Positions 36,655 through 45,423 of a stretch of 64,000 bases of DNA are shown here, piece by piece. Source of the DNA: an uncultured Acidobacteriota bacterium (lineage in GTDB: Bacteria; Acidobacteriota; Thermoanaerobaculia; Gp7-AA8); NCBI GenBank assembly GCA_963821585.1, contig CAWGEI010000005.1, positions 1,014,682 through 1,078,681 of the forward strand. Direction: 5' to 3'. Under the pieces are notes generated by a model that worked only from the letters and a program-made list of their open reading frames with translations, was not told where the DNA came from and searched no databases. Position 1 is the stretch's first letter, and each line of letters starts with the position of its first letter. Position numbers and translations under genes: made by a program.

Positions 36655-37938
36655 CTACCGAAGCCCCTCGACTGCGCTCGGGGCTATGGCGGACGACAGG
36701 TCGCGCCAGAACCTGGGATACGACTTTGACACAACTTGGTCCCGAGCGATGGTCACGTTCCCCCGCGCCAGTCCCGCGATCGCGAAGGCCATGGCGATGC
36801 GGTGGTCGTTGTGCGTCTCCACGATCGCCGGCGCATCGCTCCAGCCCGGATGGATCAGCAGCGAGTCAGGGCGCTCCTCAACGGTGGCGCCGAGGGCGCG
36901 GAGCTCCGAGGAGACGGTGGCGAGGCGGTCGGATTCCTTCACGCGCAGGTTGGCCACGTTCACGATCTCCACCGGCGACGACGCGAGCGGCGCGATCGCC
37001 GCGAGCGTCGGGACGACGTCCGGCGTCGCGTTGCAGTCGAACGTGCCGCCGCGCAGGGTTTCCGCGCCGGTCACGGTGATCTCGCTTTCCGTGACGTTGA
37101 TTGCACAGCCCATCGCCTTCAGGATGTCGAGGAACCCCGCGTCGCCCTGCGCCGTCGGGATGGCCAGGCCGCGCACGCGCATCGTCCCCTTCGTCGCGGC
37201 AGCCGCGGCGAACCAGTACGACGCGGACGAGTAGTCGCCTTCCACGACGTACTCCGGGCGCTCCAGATTGCCAGCCCGGACGTTGATCGTGTTCCCGTCG
37301 CGCGTCACCTTCGCGCCGAACGTCTGCAGGATATCGGCGGTGATGTCGATGTACGGCCCCGAGGCGAGCTGGGAGATGCGGAGGGTGATGCCGTCCGGGA
37401 GCGTCGCGCCGCCCAGCATCAGAGCGGAGACGAACTGGCTCGATGTTTCCGCCGAGATCGTCACGTCGAACCCGCCGCGCATGCGCTTTCCGCGGATGCG
37501 GAGGGGCGGGTAGCCCTCCTTTTCGACGTACTCGACCTCCGCGCCGATGGAGAGCAGCACTTCCACGAGGTCGCCGATCGGCCGCTCGTGCATCCGCTCT
37601 TCGCCGCGCAGGTCGAAGCGTCCCGGCGTGAAGGCGAGCCAGCCGGTGAAGAAGCGCATCGCCGTGCCGGCGTTGCCGATGAAGACCGGCACTTCGTTCG
37701 CCGACATCGACTTCCGTCCGCCGATCGTCAGCTCGCTCTTGAACGCGCCGCTGGCGTCGAAGCCGATGGTCTTCAGCGCCTCGAACGCGTAGCGCGTGTC
37801 GTCGGCGTCGAGGCAGTTGCGGACGGTGGTCGTGCCGCGCGACATCGCGGCGAGCAGCAGGGCGCGCACGGAATACGACTTCGACGGAGGCGCGGTGACG
37901 GTGGCGTCCAGGGGTCCGGACTTCTGAATGACTCTCAA
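36655..37938 (-). CDS. aroA: 3-phosphoshikimate 1-carboxyvinyltransferase
   Basis: PSKS, GNAGTAMRF, SSQFVSA, LRVKESDR, DHRIAM, KSYPRF. Confidence 0.97.
   Translation of the reverse strand: MRVIQKSGPLDATVTAPPSKSYSVRALLLAAMSRGTTTVRNCLDADDTRYAFEALKTIGFDASGAFKSELTIGGRKSMSANEVPVFIGNAGTAMRFFTGWLAFTPGRFDLRGEERMHERPIGDLVEVLLSIGAEVEYVEKEGYPPLRIRGKRMRGGFDVTISAETSSQFVSALMLGGATLPDGITLRISQLASGPYIDITADILQTFGAKVTRDGNTINVRAGNLERPEYVVEGDYSSASYWFAAAAATKGTMRVRGLAIPTAQGDAGFLDILKAMGCAINVTESEITVTGAETLRGGTFDCNATPDVVPTLAAIAPLASSPVEIVNVANLRVKESDRLATVSSELRALGATVEERPDSLLIHPGWSDAPAIVETHNDHRIAMAFAIAGLARGNVTIARDQVVSKSYPRFWRDLSSAIAPSAVEGLR
36663..36689. repeat. Single arm of family-2 repeat within the aroA 3' end
   Basis: GCCCCTCGACTGCGCTCGGGGCTATGG. 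Confidence 0.75.
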
Positions 37939-38696
37939 AACTCCAGCTCCAACCCGTCGTAGGCCAGATGCACTCCCTCGGGCAGTTGGGCCTCGAGCTC
38001 CTCGTGCTCGACTTCGTGCGTGAGGTGGATCAGGTACGTCACGCGCGCACCGACCTGCCGCGCTGCGGCGACGGCCTGCTCGATCGTGAAGTGCGTCGGG
38101 TGCGGCGGCGCGGGACGGAGGCCGTCGAGCGCGAGCGTGTCCACCCCTTCAAGGAGCTTCATCGACTCCGGCGGGATGCCGTTCGTGTCCGTCAGGTAGG
38201 CGAACGGGCCGATCCGGAATCCGAGGATCGTCCAGTCGCCGTGGATCACCGGGATGGGGACGATCTCGATGCCGTCCGGCGCGAACGGCCCGTCGATCTC
38301 CACGAGATCCAGCTGCGGCTTCCCGCCGCCGAGCTGCGAGCTGTCCCAGATGTACCCGAACGCCCGGCGAATGGCCTTCGCGGTGGGCGTACTGGCGTAC
38401 GCGCGGATGGGCTCGCGCTGCCGGAAGTTGAACGGGCGGATGTCGTCCAGACCCATGAGGTGGTCGGAGTGCGAGTGCGTGTAGAGGAGGAAGTCGAGGC
38501 GCGGGATCGGATGCCGCAGCAGTTGCAGGCGCAGGTCGGGGGTGGTGTCGATGAGGAAGTGTTTCCCGCGCGCCTCGATCGAGACCGACTGCCGGAGGCG
38601 CTGATTGCGCGGGTGCGTGGAGGTACACACGCGGCAACGGCAGCCGACCACCGGCACGCCTGTCGACGTCCCGGAGCCGAGAAAGGTCACGCGCAT
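37935..38696 (-). CDS. MBL-fold metallo-hydrolase (PhnP-like)
   Basis: LGSGTSTGVP..GC.C..C, THSHSDH, AYLTD. Confidence 0.93.
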   Translation of the reverse strand: MRVTFLGSGTSTGVPVVGCRCRVCTSTHPRNQRLRQSVSIEARGKHFLIDTTPDLRLQLLRHPIPRLDFLLYTHSHSDHLMGLDDIRPFNFRQREPIRAYASTPTAKAIRRAFGYIWDSSQLGGGKPQLDLVEIDGPFAPDGIEIVPIPVIHGDWTILGFRIGPFAYLTDTNGIPPESMKLLEGVDTLALDGLRPAPPHPTHFTIEQAVAAARQVGARVTYLIHLTHEVEHEELEAQLPEGVHLAYDGLELEF

Positions 38697-38709
38697 AGGG
38701 AGGGCGATT

Positions 38710-39420
38710 CTAGACCACCACGAAGTCCGCGGTCCCCGTCACCGGGTCGATCCGCATCGCCTCACCCGTCTCGTACCACGGCGGCAGCACCGTCACCGTG
38801 GTCTTCCCCGGCAGCACGAGCTTCTGGTGGAAGTGACCGAACACCACGTCCGTGAATCCTTCGCGGGCCCGCGAGCGTCCGTACAGTTCCATCAGCTCCA
38901 CCGGGACGCGCGACTTGTGCTTGAAGTTCGTCTTCGCCAGCTTCTTCTCGACGCTGTCGACGAAGTTCCTGGCGATCTTCTTCGGCACGAGGCTTACCCC
39001 GATCTTCGTGACCGGGTTCTTCGACGCGCGCCGCCAGAAGCGGTACGCGAAGTCGCGGTCGTTGATCAGGTCGCCGTGGATGATCAGGTACTTCTTCGTG
39101 CCCGCGGGGATCGCGTACTCCAGCGCGATGTCCGTCACCGCGTCCTCGACGAACGAGCCTTTCAGGAAGAAGTCGCGGTTCCCTTCGACGTAATGGATCG
39201 GGATCCCGCGGTCGCGCAGCTCGCGGAACTTCGCCATCACCCGGTCCACCGACCGCGTCCGGAAGTTCCGGTGCGCGATGAGGTAGTGAAAGAGATCGCC
39301 ATTCAAGTACAGCGCCCGCGGCTGCAGCGCCGCGAAGCGGTCGAGCCACGCGTTCACCGGCTCTTCGCTGCCTTCGCCGAGGCCGATGTGCGAGTCTCCG
39401 ATGACATAGATCTGATTCAA
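38710..39420 (-). CDS. lpxH: UDP-2,3-diacylglucosamine diphosphatase-like metallophosphoesterase
   Basis: GDSHIG, NGDLF, GNRDF, HGD, GHFH. Confidence 0.75.
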   Translation of the reverse strand: MNQIYVIGDSHIGLGEGSEEPVNAWLDRFAALQPRALYLNGDLFHYLIAHRNFRTRSVDRVMAKFRELRDRGIPIHYVEGNRDFFLKGSFVEDAVTDIALEYAIPAGTKKYLIIHGDLINDRDFAYRFWRRASKNPVTKIGVSLVPKKIARNFVDSVEKKLAKTNFKHKSRVPVELMELYGRSRAREGFTDVVFGHFHQKLVLPGKTTVTVLPPWYETGEAMRIDPVTGTADFVVV

Positions 39421-39836
39421 CTCTCGAGCTCCTTGAGCACGCTGTCGAACATCGCGTACTCGTCTGCCCCGAACAGGCAGAAGACGGCGCGGTGCAGGGA
39501 GCGTGCGCGGGCGCGGTAGTCGAGGGTCGCGCGGAGCATGCTTCGCGCGCAGCGGTCGAGGCCCAGGGCCTGTTTGCCGAGGACGGGGATGCCGATGATG
39601 GCGACCGCGAGCTCGTCGGCGCGCTCGAGCGCCTCGCGGGTGGCGTCGCGAAGACGCGCATCCGCGTCTTCGTCGGTCCCGAGCGGTACGGGCACTTCGA
39701 TGACGAAGCGGGCCAGCAGGTTGCCGCCGGTGACGACCGTCGCGCGCCCGTTCTGCAGCGTGGCCGGCGAGCTCGGAGCGACGATGGCGTCGACTTTCAG
39801 CGAGGTGATGTCTGCACGGAGGAGTTGGATCTGCAT
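39417..39836 (-). CDS. Short, degenerate macro domain protein
   Basis: IQLLRADITSLKVDAIV, TGGNLLARFVI, IGIPVLG; 139 aa. Confidence 0.75.
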   Translation of the reverse strand: MQIQLLRADITSLKVDAIVAPSSPATLQNGRATVVTGGNLLARFVIEVPVPLGTDEDADARLRDATREALERADELAVAIIGIPVLGKQALGLDRCARSMLRATLDYRARARSLHRAVFCLFGADEYAMFDSVLKELES

Positions 39837-40736
39837 CTAAAGCGTCGCTCTCAGATTCGCTCGCGGATTCTCTGTGTAGGCCTCTTCGATCGCATCCACC
39901 GCCTCGGGCGGCGCACTCGGTGGGGCCATGATCATGATTCGGGAGTAGTGATCGCCGGCCCCGGTCTTCTTCTTCACGCCTTTGCCCGAGAGCCGCATCA
40001 CGCGGCCGCCCTGGGTGCCGGGCGGGATGCGCATGCGCACGGAGCCGTGGATCGTCGGAGCGTCGACGTCCGCGCCGCGGATGGCTTCGCCGACCGTCAC
40101 CGGCAGGTCGATGTGGATGTCGTCCCCTCGGCGCTCGAAGAACGGGTGCGGCTTCACGTGGACGGTGAGCTGGATGGCCTGCCCTCTACGGGGCACGCGA
40201 ATCTTCTGTCCGTCGCGGATCCCTTCGGGGATCTTCACCTTGATCGACTCGCCGTTGACCTGCAGGCCCATGGTGTTGCCGAGGATGGCGTCCCGGAATT
40301 CGATGGTGACCTCGGCCTGCATGTCCGGCTCGGGCGCGGCCTCGAAGCCGCTGCCTCCGCGACCTCCGCCGCCGAAGAGATCGCCGAAGATGTCGGTGAA
40401 GTCTACGGTCGACGAGCGTGTGCGTCCGCCGGCACTGGCGCGGCGGCCGCGGCCCCCGCCGCCCATGAACTCCGAGAAGTCGAAGCCCGCAAACGGGTTC
40501 GCGCCGCCGGGGCCGAAGGCCTCCCGGCCGAGGCGGTCGTACTGCTCGCGCTTTTCTTTATCGGAGAGAACGGCGTAGGCTTCGGAGATCTCTTTGAACT
40601 TGTTCTCCGCTTCCTTGTTGCCTTTGTTCTTGTCCGGGTGATACTTCTTCGCGAGGTCCCGGTATGCCTTTTTCAGCTCGGCCTCGGTGGCCGTCTTCTT
40701 GACACCCAGGATCTCGTAGTAGTCCTTCTCGGCCAT
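39837..40736 (-). CDS. Class II DnaJ/CbpA-type co-chaperone
   Basis: J domain with HPD, G/F region, DnaJ_C, no Zn finger. Confidence 0.93.
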   Translation of the reverse strand: MAEKDYYEILGVKKTATEAELKKAYRDLAKKYHPDKNKGNKEAENKFKEISEAYAVLSDKEKREQYDRLGREAFGPGGANPFAGFDFSEFMGGGGRGRRASAGGRTRSSTVDFTDIFGDLFGGGGRGGSGFEAAPEPDMQAEVTIEFRDAILGNTMGLQVNGESIKVKIPEGIRDGQKIRVPRRGQAIQLTVHVKPHPFFERRGDDIHIDLPVTVGEAIRGADVDAPTIHGSVRMRIPPGTQGGRVMRLSGKGVKKKTGAGDHYSRIMIMAPPSAPPEAVDAIEEAYTENPRANLRATL

Positions 40737-40807
40737 ACCGCGCGCAGTATACGAATGTTGCGCCGCATCATGATCTTGGAAAGAATCTCGCACAGGACGG
40801 GAGTCGC

Positions 40808-42073
40808 ATGTACGGATCGCTCGCGCGTAGAAACGTCCTCACCATGATCCTCGCCGGCGGGCAGGGCGAACGGCTCTTCCCTTTGACGAAAGACCGCGCC
40901 AAGCCCGCGGTTCCGTTCGGGGGCCGCTATCGCATCATCGATTTCGTCATCAACAACTTCATCAACTCCGGCTTTTTCAAGATCAAGGTCCTGACGCAGT
41001 TCAAGTCGAGCTCGCTCATCGAGCACATCACGCGCACCTGGCGGCTGGTGCCGGAGATCGGACAGTACGTGGACGTCGTGCCCGCGCAGATGCGGCGCGG
41101 CCCGTTCTGGTTCCGCGGCACGGCCGACGCGGTGTTCCAGAACCTGGAGCTGATCTTCGACGAACAGCCGGAGTACGTCTGCGTGTTCGGCGGCGATCAC
41201 ATCTACAAGATGGATGTGAACCAGATGCTGCAGGAGCACATCAACAACGACGCGGACCTGACCATCGCGACCATCCCGGTGCCGCTGAGCGAGGCGCACC
41301 ACTTCGGGGTGGTGGAGATCGATTCGGACTTCCGGGTGACGGGCTTCGTCGAAAAGCCGAAGGAAGGCGCGAAGACGATCCCCGGGCGGCCGGACATGGT
41401 CCTGGCGTCGATGGGCAACTACATCTTCAAGGCGAACGTGATGATCGACGTGCTGCAGCGCAACTCGCTGCGGAACGCGGGCGTCGACTTCGGCAAGGAG
41501 ATCATCCCGGAGATGTACGAGCGGTCGAAGGTGTATGCGTACGACTTCGGCACGAACTTCATCCCCGGCGAGGAGGAGTACAACCAGGGCTACTGGCGCG
41601 ACGTGGGGACGGTGGATTCGTACTTTGCGGCGGCGCTGGACCTCGTGGCCGTGACGCCGCTGTTCAACCTCTACAACGCCTCGTGGCCCCTCGTGTCGGC
41701 CCCGCTGCACCAGCCGCCGGCGAAGTTCGTCTTCGCCGACCCGACGTCCGCGCGGATCGGCGCCGCCACGAACTCGCTCGTGTCGGACGGCTCGATCATC
41801 TCCGGCGGGACGATCAACCGCTGTGTGCTCCATCCGCGCGTGCGCGTGAACTCGTACACCGAGATCGAGGAGTCGATCCTCATGGATGGCGTGGAAGTCG
41901 GGCGGTACTCGAAGATCCGCCGGGCGATCATCGACAAGGGCGTGCATCTGCCGTCCGGCACGGTGATCGGCTACGATCTCGAGCTCGACCGCCAGAGGTT
42001 CTCGGTTACGGACTCAGGGATTGTGATCGTGCCCAAGGGCGCGGTGTTCGAAGAAAGCAGAGTGACGGTTTGA
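40808..42073 (+). CDS. glgC: Glucose-1-phosphate adenylyltransferase
   Basis: [31 protein letters not shown]. Confidence 0.97.
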   Translation: MYGSLARRNVLTMILAGGQGERLFPLTKDRAKPAVPFGGRYRIIDFVINNFINSGFFKIKVLTQFKSSSLIEHITRTWRLVPEIGQYVDVVPAQMRRGPFWFRGTADAVFQNLELIFDEQPEYVCVFGGDHIYKMDVNQMLQEHINNDADLTIATIPVPLSEAHHFGVVEIDSDFRVTGFVEKPKEGAKTIPGRPDMVLASMGNYIFKANVMIDVLQRNSLRNAGVDFGKEIIPEMYERSKVYAYDFGTNFIPGEEEYNQGYWRDVGTVDSYFAAALDLVAVTPLFNLYNASWPLVSAPLHQPPAKFVFADPTSARIGAATNSLVSDGSIISGGTINRCVLHPRVRVNSYTEIEESILMDGVEVGRYSKIRRAIIDKGVHLPSGTVIGYDLELDRQRFSVTDSGIVIVPKGAVFEESRVTV

Positions 42074-42852
42074 ACGGAAAATCCAGAGTCGACGGCCGGG
42101 CCGCCGACGAGTTGCGCCCGGTCGCGATCCGGCCGAATTTCATCAAGCACGCGGAAGGCTCGGTGCTCATCGAAGTGGGTGACACCCGCGTGTGCTGCAC
42201 GGCCTCGGTGCAGGAGAAAGTCCCGCCTTTCCTCTACCGCTCCGGCAAAGGCTGGATCACCGCGGAGTACGGGATGCTCCCGCGCGCCACGACGGAGCGT
42301 ACCGATCGCGAGGCCGCGAAAGGCAAGCAGGGCGGGCGGACGATGGAGATCCAGCGCCTGATCGGCCGGTCTCTCCGTGCCGCGGTCAACCCCGAGCTCC
42401 TCGGCGAGCGCACCCTCTGGATCGATTGCGACGTCATTCAGGCCGACGGCGGCACGCGCACGGCGTCGATCACCGGCGCGTACGTGGCTCTGGTCCTGGC
42501 TCTGACGAACCTCTACACGAACGGCACGATGGCCTCCTGGCCCGTCGTCGATTTCATCGCCGCCGTCTCCGTCGGCATCATCAAGGGCGTCCCCGCGCTG
42601 GATTTGAACTATGCCGAGGACTCCAAGGCCGGCGTGGACATGAACATCGTGGCCACCGACAAAGGCCGCTTCGTCGAGCTCCAGGGCACCGCCGAAGGCG
42701 CCACCTTCAGCGACGAAGAGCTGCAGGCCATGCTGGGCCTCGCCAAGTCCGGCATCGCGCAGCTCGTCGAGAAACAGCGCGAGGTGCTCGCGCCATCGCT
42801 GGCGCGGGTGGACGCGTTCTCCCGCGAACGCCTCGCGCGCAAATTCAAATGA
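42070..42852 (+). CDS. rph: Ribonuclease PH
   Basis: [39 protein letters not shown]; TTG start overlapping the glgC stop. Confidence 0.97.
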   Translation: MNGKSRVDGRAADELRPVAIRPNFIKHAEGSVLIEVGDTRVCCTASVQEKVPPFLYRSGKGWITAEYGMLPRATTERTDREAAKGKQGGRTMEIQRLIGRSLRAAVNPELLGERTLWIDCDVIQADGGTRTASITGAYVALVLALTNLYTNGTMASWPVVDFIAAVSVGIIKGVPALDLNYAEDSKAGVDMNIVATDKGRFVELQGTAEGATFSDEELQAMLGLAKSGIAQLVEKQREVLAPSLARVDAFSRERLARKFK

Positions 42853-42867
42853 GTGCCCAGTTTTCTT

Positions 42868-43059
42868 CTTTCGCCCGCATACGCGGGCTGATTCTCGAAA
42901 CGACTCCGCGTTCCCCCGGCTGAAGCCGGGGGCTAGTACCGGCCGCCCGCTACGCGGGCTCGGGCTCTTGCCCGCGTAGCGGGCTGCCAGAAAATAGCCC
43001 CCGGCTTCAGCCGGGATCACCGATGTGGACCCCTGACCAGCCCGCGTAGCGGGCGAAAG
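42868..43059. repeat. Compound ~190-bp palindrome (family 3: GCCCGCGTAGCGGGC and TAGCCCCCGGCTTCAGCCGGG modules)
   Basis: A-B-A arm 42868-42960 mirrored by 42970-43059. Confidence 0.85.
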
Positions 43060-45416
43060 GAGAGGGTGCCCAGAATGAGTACGCCCATCGCGGCCAGAGC
43101 GCAACCCACCCACCACGTCCACGGCGAGTAATACATCCGCACGTCGGTCTCGCCGGGCGGGACGGCGAAGCCGAGGAACGCGCCGTTGACGCGCACGGGC
43201 TCCACACGTGCGCCGTTGCGCACGACTTTCCATCCCGGCCACCAGGGAATGCTGCTCACGACGAGCGACCAGCGCGGGGCGCTGACGTGGACGCGGTACG
43301 CCGTCGGCTCGGCGGACACGATCTTCGCGATGGCGAGCGGCGCGTTCTCGGGGCGCGGGTTGAAGAAGTCTGCGCGCTCCTGCGGGGATTCGAGCTTCAG
43401 GTCGTCGAGCAGGGCGGTGTGCGCCCAGGCGTCGTGGGTGCGCAGTTTGTCGATGAACAGCTCATCGCGGAACTCGATGATCACGTTGCGTACGGCGTAG
43501 AACCGCGGAAGCCAGCGCTTGTTCTCGTAGATCTTCCCTTCGGCCGAGTCGAGACGCAGCGTCCAGTGCTCGGGATCGGCGGGGGGCGTGCCGGGGTCCT
43601 GCGTGATGTACCGGACGTTCATGAAGTCGAGCACCGGCGCATTGGTGTTGTCGAGCCACGCGTAGTAGTCGTTCATCATCCTGTAGTTCGCGGTCACGCG
43701 GAGGAAGCCCATGTAGCGGTCATAAGCCATGGGGTCGTGAACGCGGATGTCCTCGAGCCTGAACGCGGCGTTCGTGTTCGGAAAGAGCATCGGACCCACG
43801 CCGGCGAAGCGGAAGGGCTCGCTCTTCGGCGCCGCATCGCGCAGCTCTTCGAGCCTGGCGATGAGCGGCGTGCGGCGGTACATCTGCTCGGCGGGCAGCG
43901 GCGGATTCCAAGCGCGGGTCACGGGCCAGAGCTCCCCGATGACCGCGACGAGCAGCGCGAGCAGCACGGGCTTGCGCGGCAGAAATGCGAACAGCAGCGC
44001 GATCGCGATCACCGCCACGCTGCGGGCCGACGTGAGGATCGCCACCGTTCGGTAGTGCTCGCTGGGCGGGGTCATGACCGCGAACAGCGAGATCAGCAGC
44101 GCCACGACGACCGCGCCGCCGGCGACGAGCGGCATCCGCTCGCCGCGCTGCGTGAGATCGATCGCCGCCGCGGCCTGGATGCCCATCAGCAGCACGAACA
44201 ACAGGCGGAAGCGTGCGTGCGCGACCACCGGCAGCACCGCGTGGATCGCGTCGCCGATGAGCGGCCAAGCATCGATGACCCCGAAGACGATCACCGTTGC
44301 GACGATGAAGAAGAGCTCCGTCGACCGCCACGCGCGCCGCCGGACGACGTGTACCAGCAATCCGAAAAACGCGGCGATGCCGAGGACGCCCGTGAAGCCG
44401 CCGATCAGCTCCGCCTGCACGATGCTCCACGGCTCTTCCTGCGGCGCGCGCCCGAAGTAGTGTGCCTGGAACAGCACCATCGCCGACCGCAGATCGGCAT
44501 ACGGCTGTCCCATGGCGCTCAGCGGCGCAACCTCGAGCTGCGCGTAGCGCTGTGACTTCGGCAGCGCCTCGAGGAAAGGGAGGAGGAACGGCGCGGCGAG
44601 CAGCGCCGCGATCGTCATTGCGCCGCCGAGGGTGAGAAAGATGCGCGCACTCGCGCGCTTCTCCACGAAGACGATCCAGACGAGGTAGATCAGCGAGAGA
44701 AAGAAGATGTGCGACGCGGTCTCCGGATGCCCGCCGAAGAGGATCGCCATCCATACGAATGCCGCCGCGGCGAAGCGACCGAACGTTCGCCGCTCCGCGA
44801 TGCGATCGATCAGATACAGCACTGCCGGCGCCCAGCACGCGGCCGTGACGTGCGGGAAGTGCAGCCACGAGTGGAGGAATCCACCGAAGCCGAAGATCAC
44901 CGCGCCCACCACGCTCGCCAGCTCCGAATACCCGCGTCCGCGGCAGAACAGGAACGCGAACGTCAGCGCGATCAGGATCTTCATCGCCGCCTCGGCGGTC
45001 ATGAAGTACGTGTCCGGCACCGGCAGCGCGAGGAGGCGGATCGGCGAGAGCCCCTGACTCTGTCCGTTCGCGAGCAGCGGGTACCCCGAGCCGGCGTACG
45101 CATTCCAGAGCGGCGGCTTCAGCGACTTCCAGCTCTCGCGCACCTGCAGGCCCCACGCGGTGTGCTGGAGCGGGATGTCGTTCATCTCGTCGTTGATTGC
45201 GTCCCGGTCGCTTGCCGTGACGTACCAGGGCGGCAGGGTGTTGAGGTAGTCGTCCTGGGTGATGACGAAGTGCTGCGTGAGCGGCTTGAAGAAGAAGACC
45301 AGCACCAGCGCGTAAAAAAAGAACGCCACCTTCTTCGGCAGATCGACGCCGCAACGCCGGGCGAGCGCGACCGCCCCCGCGTACAGCACGCCGATGTAGA
45401 TCCATGTCCAGTTCAT
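43017..45416 (-). CDS. YfhO-family (GT-C-like) multi-pass membrane protein, paralogue 1
   Basis: PLWNAYAGSGYPLLANGQ, GGHPET, WWPGWK, VNGAFLGFAVPPG. Confidence 0.88.
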   Translation of the reverse strand: MNWTWIYIGVLYAGAVALARRCGVDLPKKVAFFFYALVLVFFFKPLTQHFVITQDDYLNTLPPWYVTASDRDAINDEMNDIPLQHTAWGLQVRESWKSLKPPLWNAYAGSGYPLLANGQSQGLSPIRLLALPVPDTYFMTAEAAMKILIALTFAFLFCRGRGYSELASVVGAVIFGFGGFLHSWLHFPHVTAACWAPAVLYLIDRIAERRTFGRFAAAAFVWMAILFGGHPETASHIFFLSLIYLVWIVFVEKRASARIFLTLGGAMTIAALLAAPFLLPFLEALPKSQRYAQLEVAPLSAMGQPYADLRSAMVLFQAHYFGRAPQEEPWSIVQAELIGGFTGVLGIAAFFGLLVHVVRRRAWRSTELFFIVATVIVFGVIDAWPLIGDAIHAVLPVVAHARFRLLFVLLMGIQAAAAIDLTQRGERMPLVAGGAVVVALLISLFAVMTPPSEHYRTVAILTSARSVAVIAIALLFAFLPRKPVLLALLVAVIGELWPVTRAWNPPLPAEQMYRRTPLIARLEELRDAAPKSEPFRFAGVGPMLFPNTNAAFRLEDIRVHDPMAYDRYMGFLRVTANYRMMNDYYAWLDNTNAPVLDFMNVRYITQDPGTPPADPEHWTLRLDSAEGKIYENKRWLPRFYAVRNVIIEFRDELFIDKLRTHDAWAHTALLDDLKLESPQERADFFNPRPENAPLAIAKIVSAEPTAYRVHVSAPRWSLVVSSIPWWPGWKVVRNGARVEPVRVNGAFLGFAVPPGETDVRMYYSPWTWWVGCALAAMGVLILGTLSFRPLRGLVRGPHR

Positions 45417-45423
45417 ATCCAGT

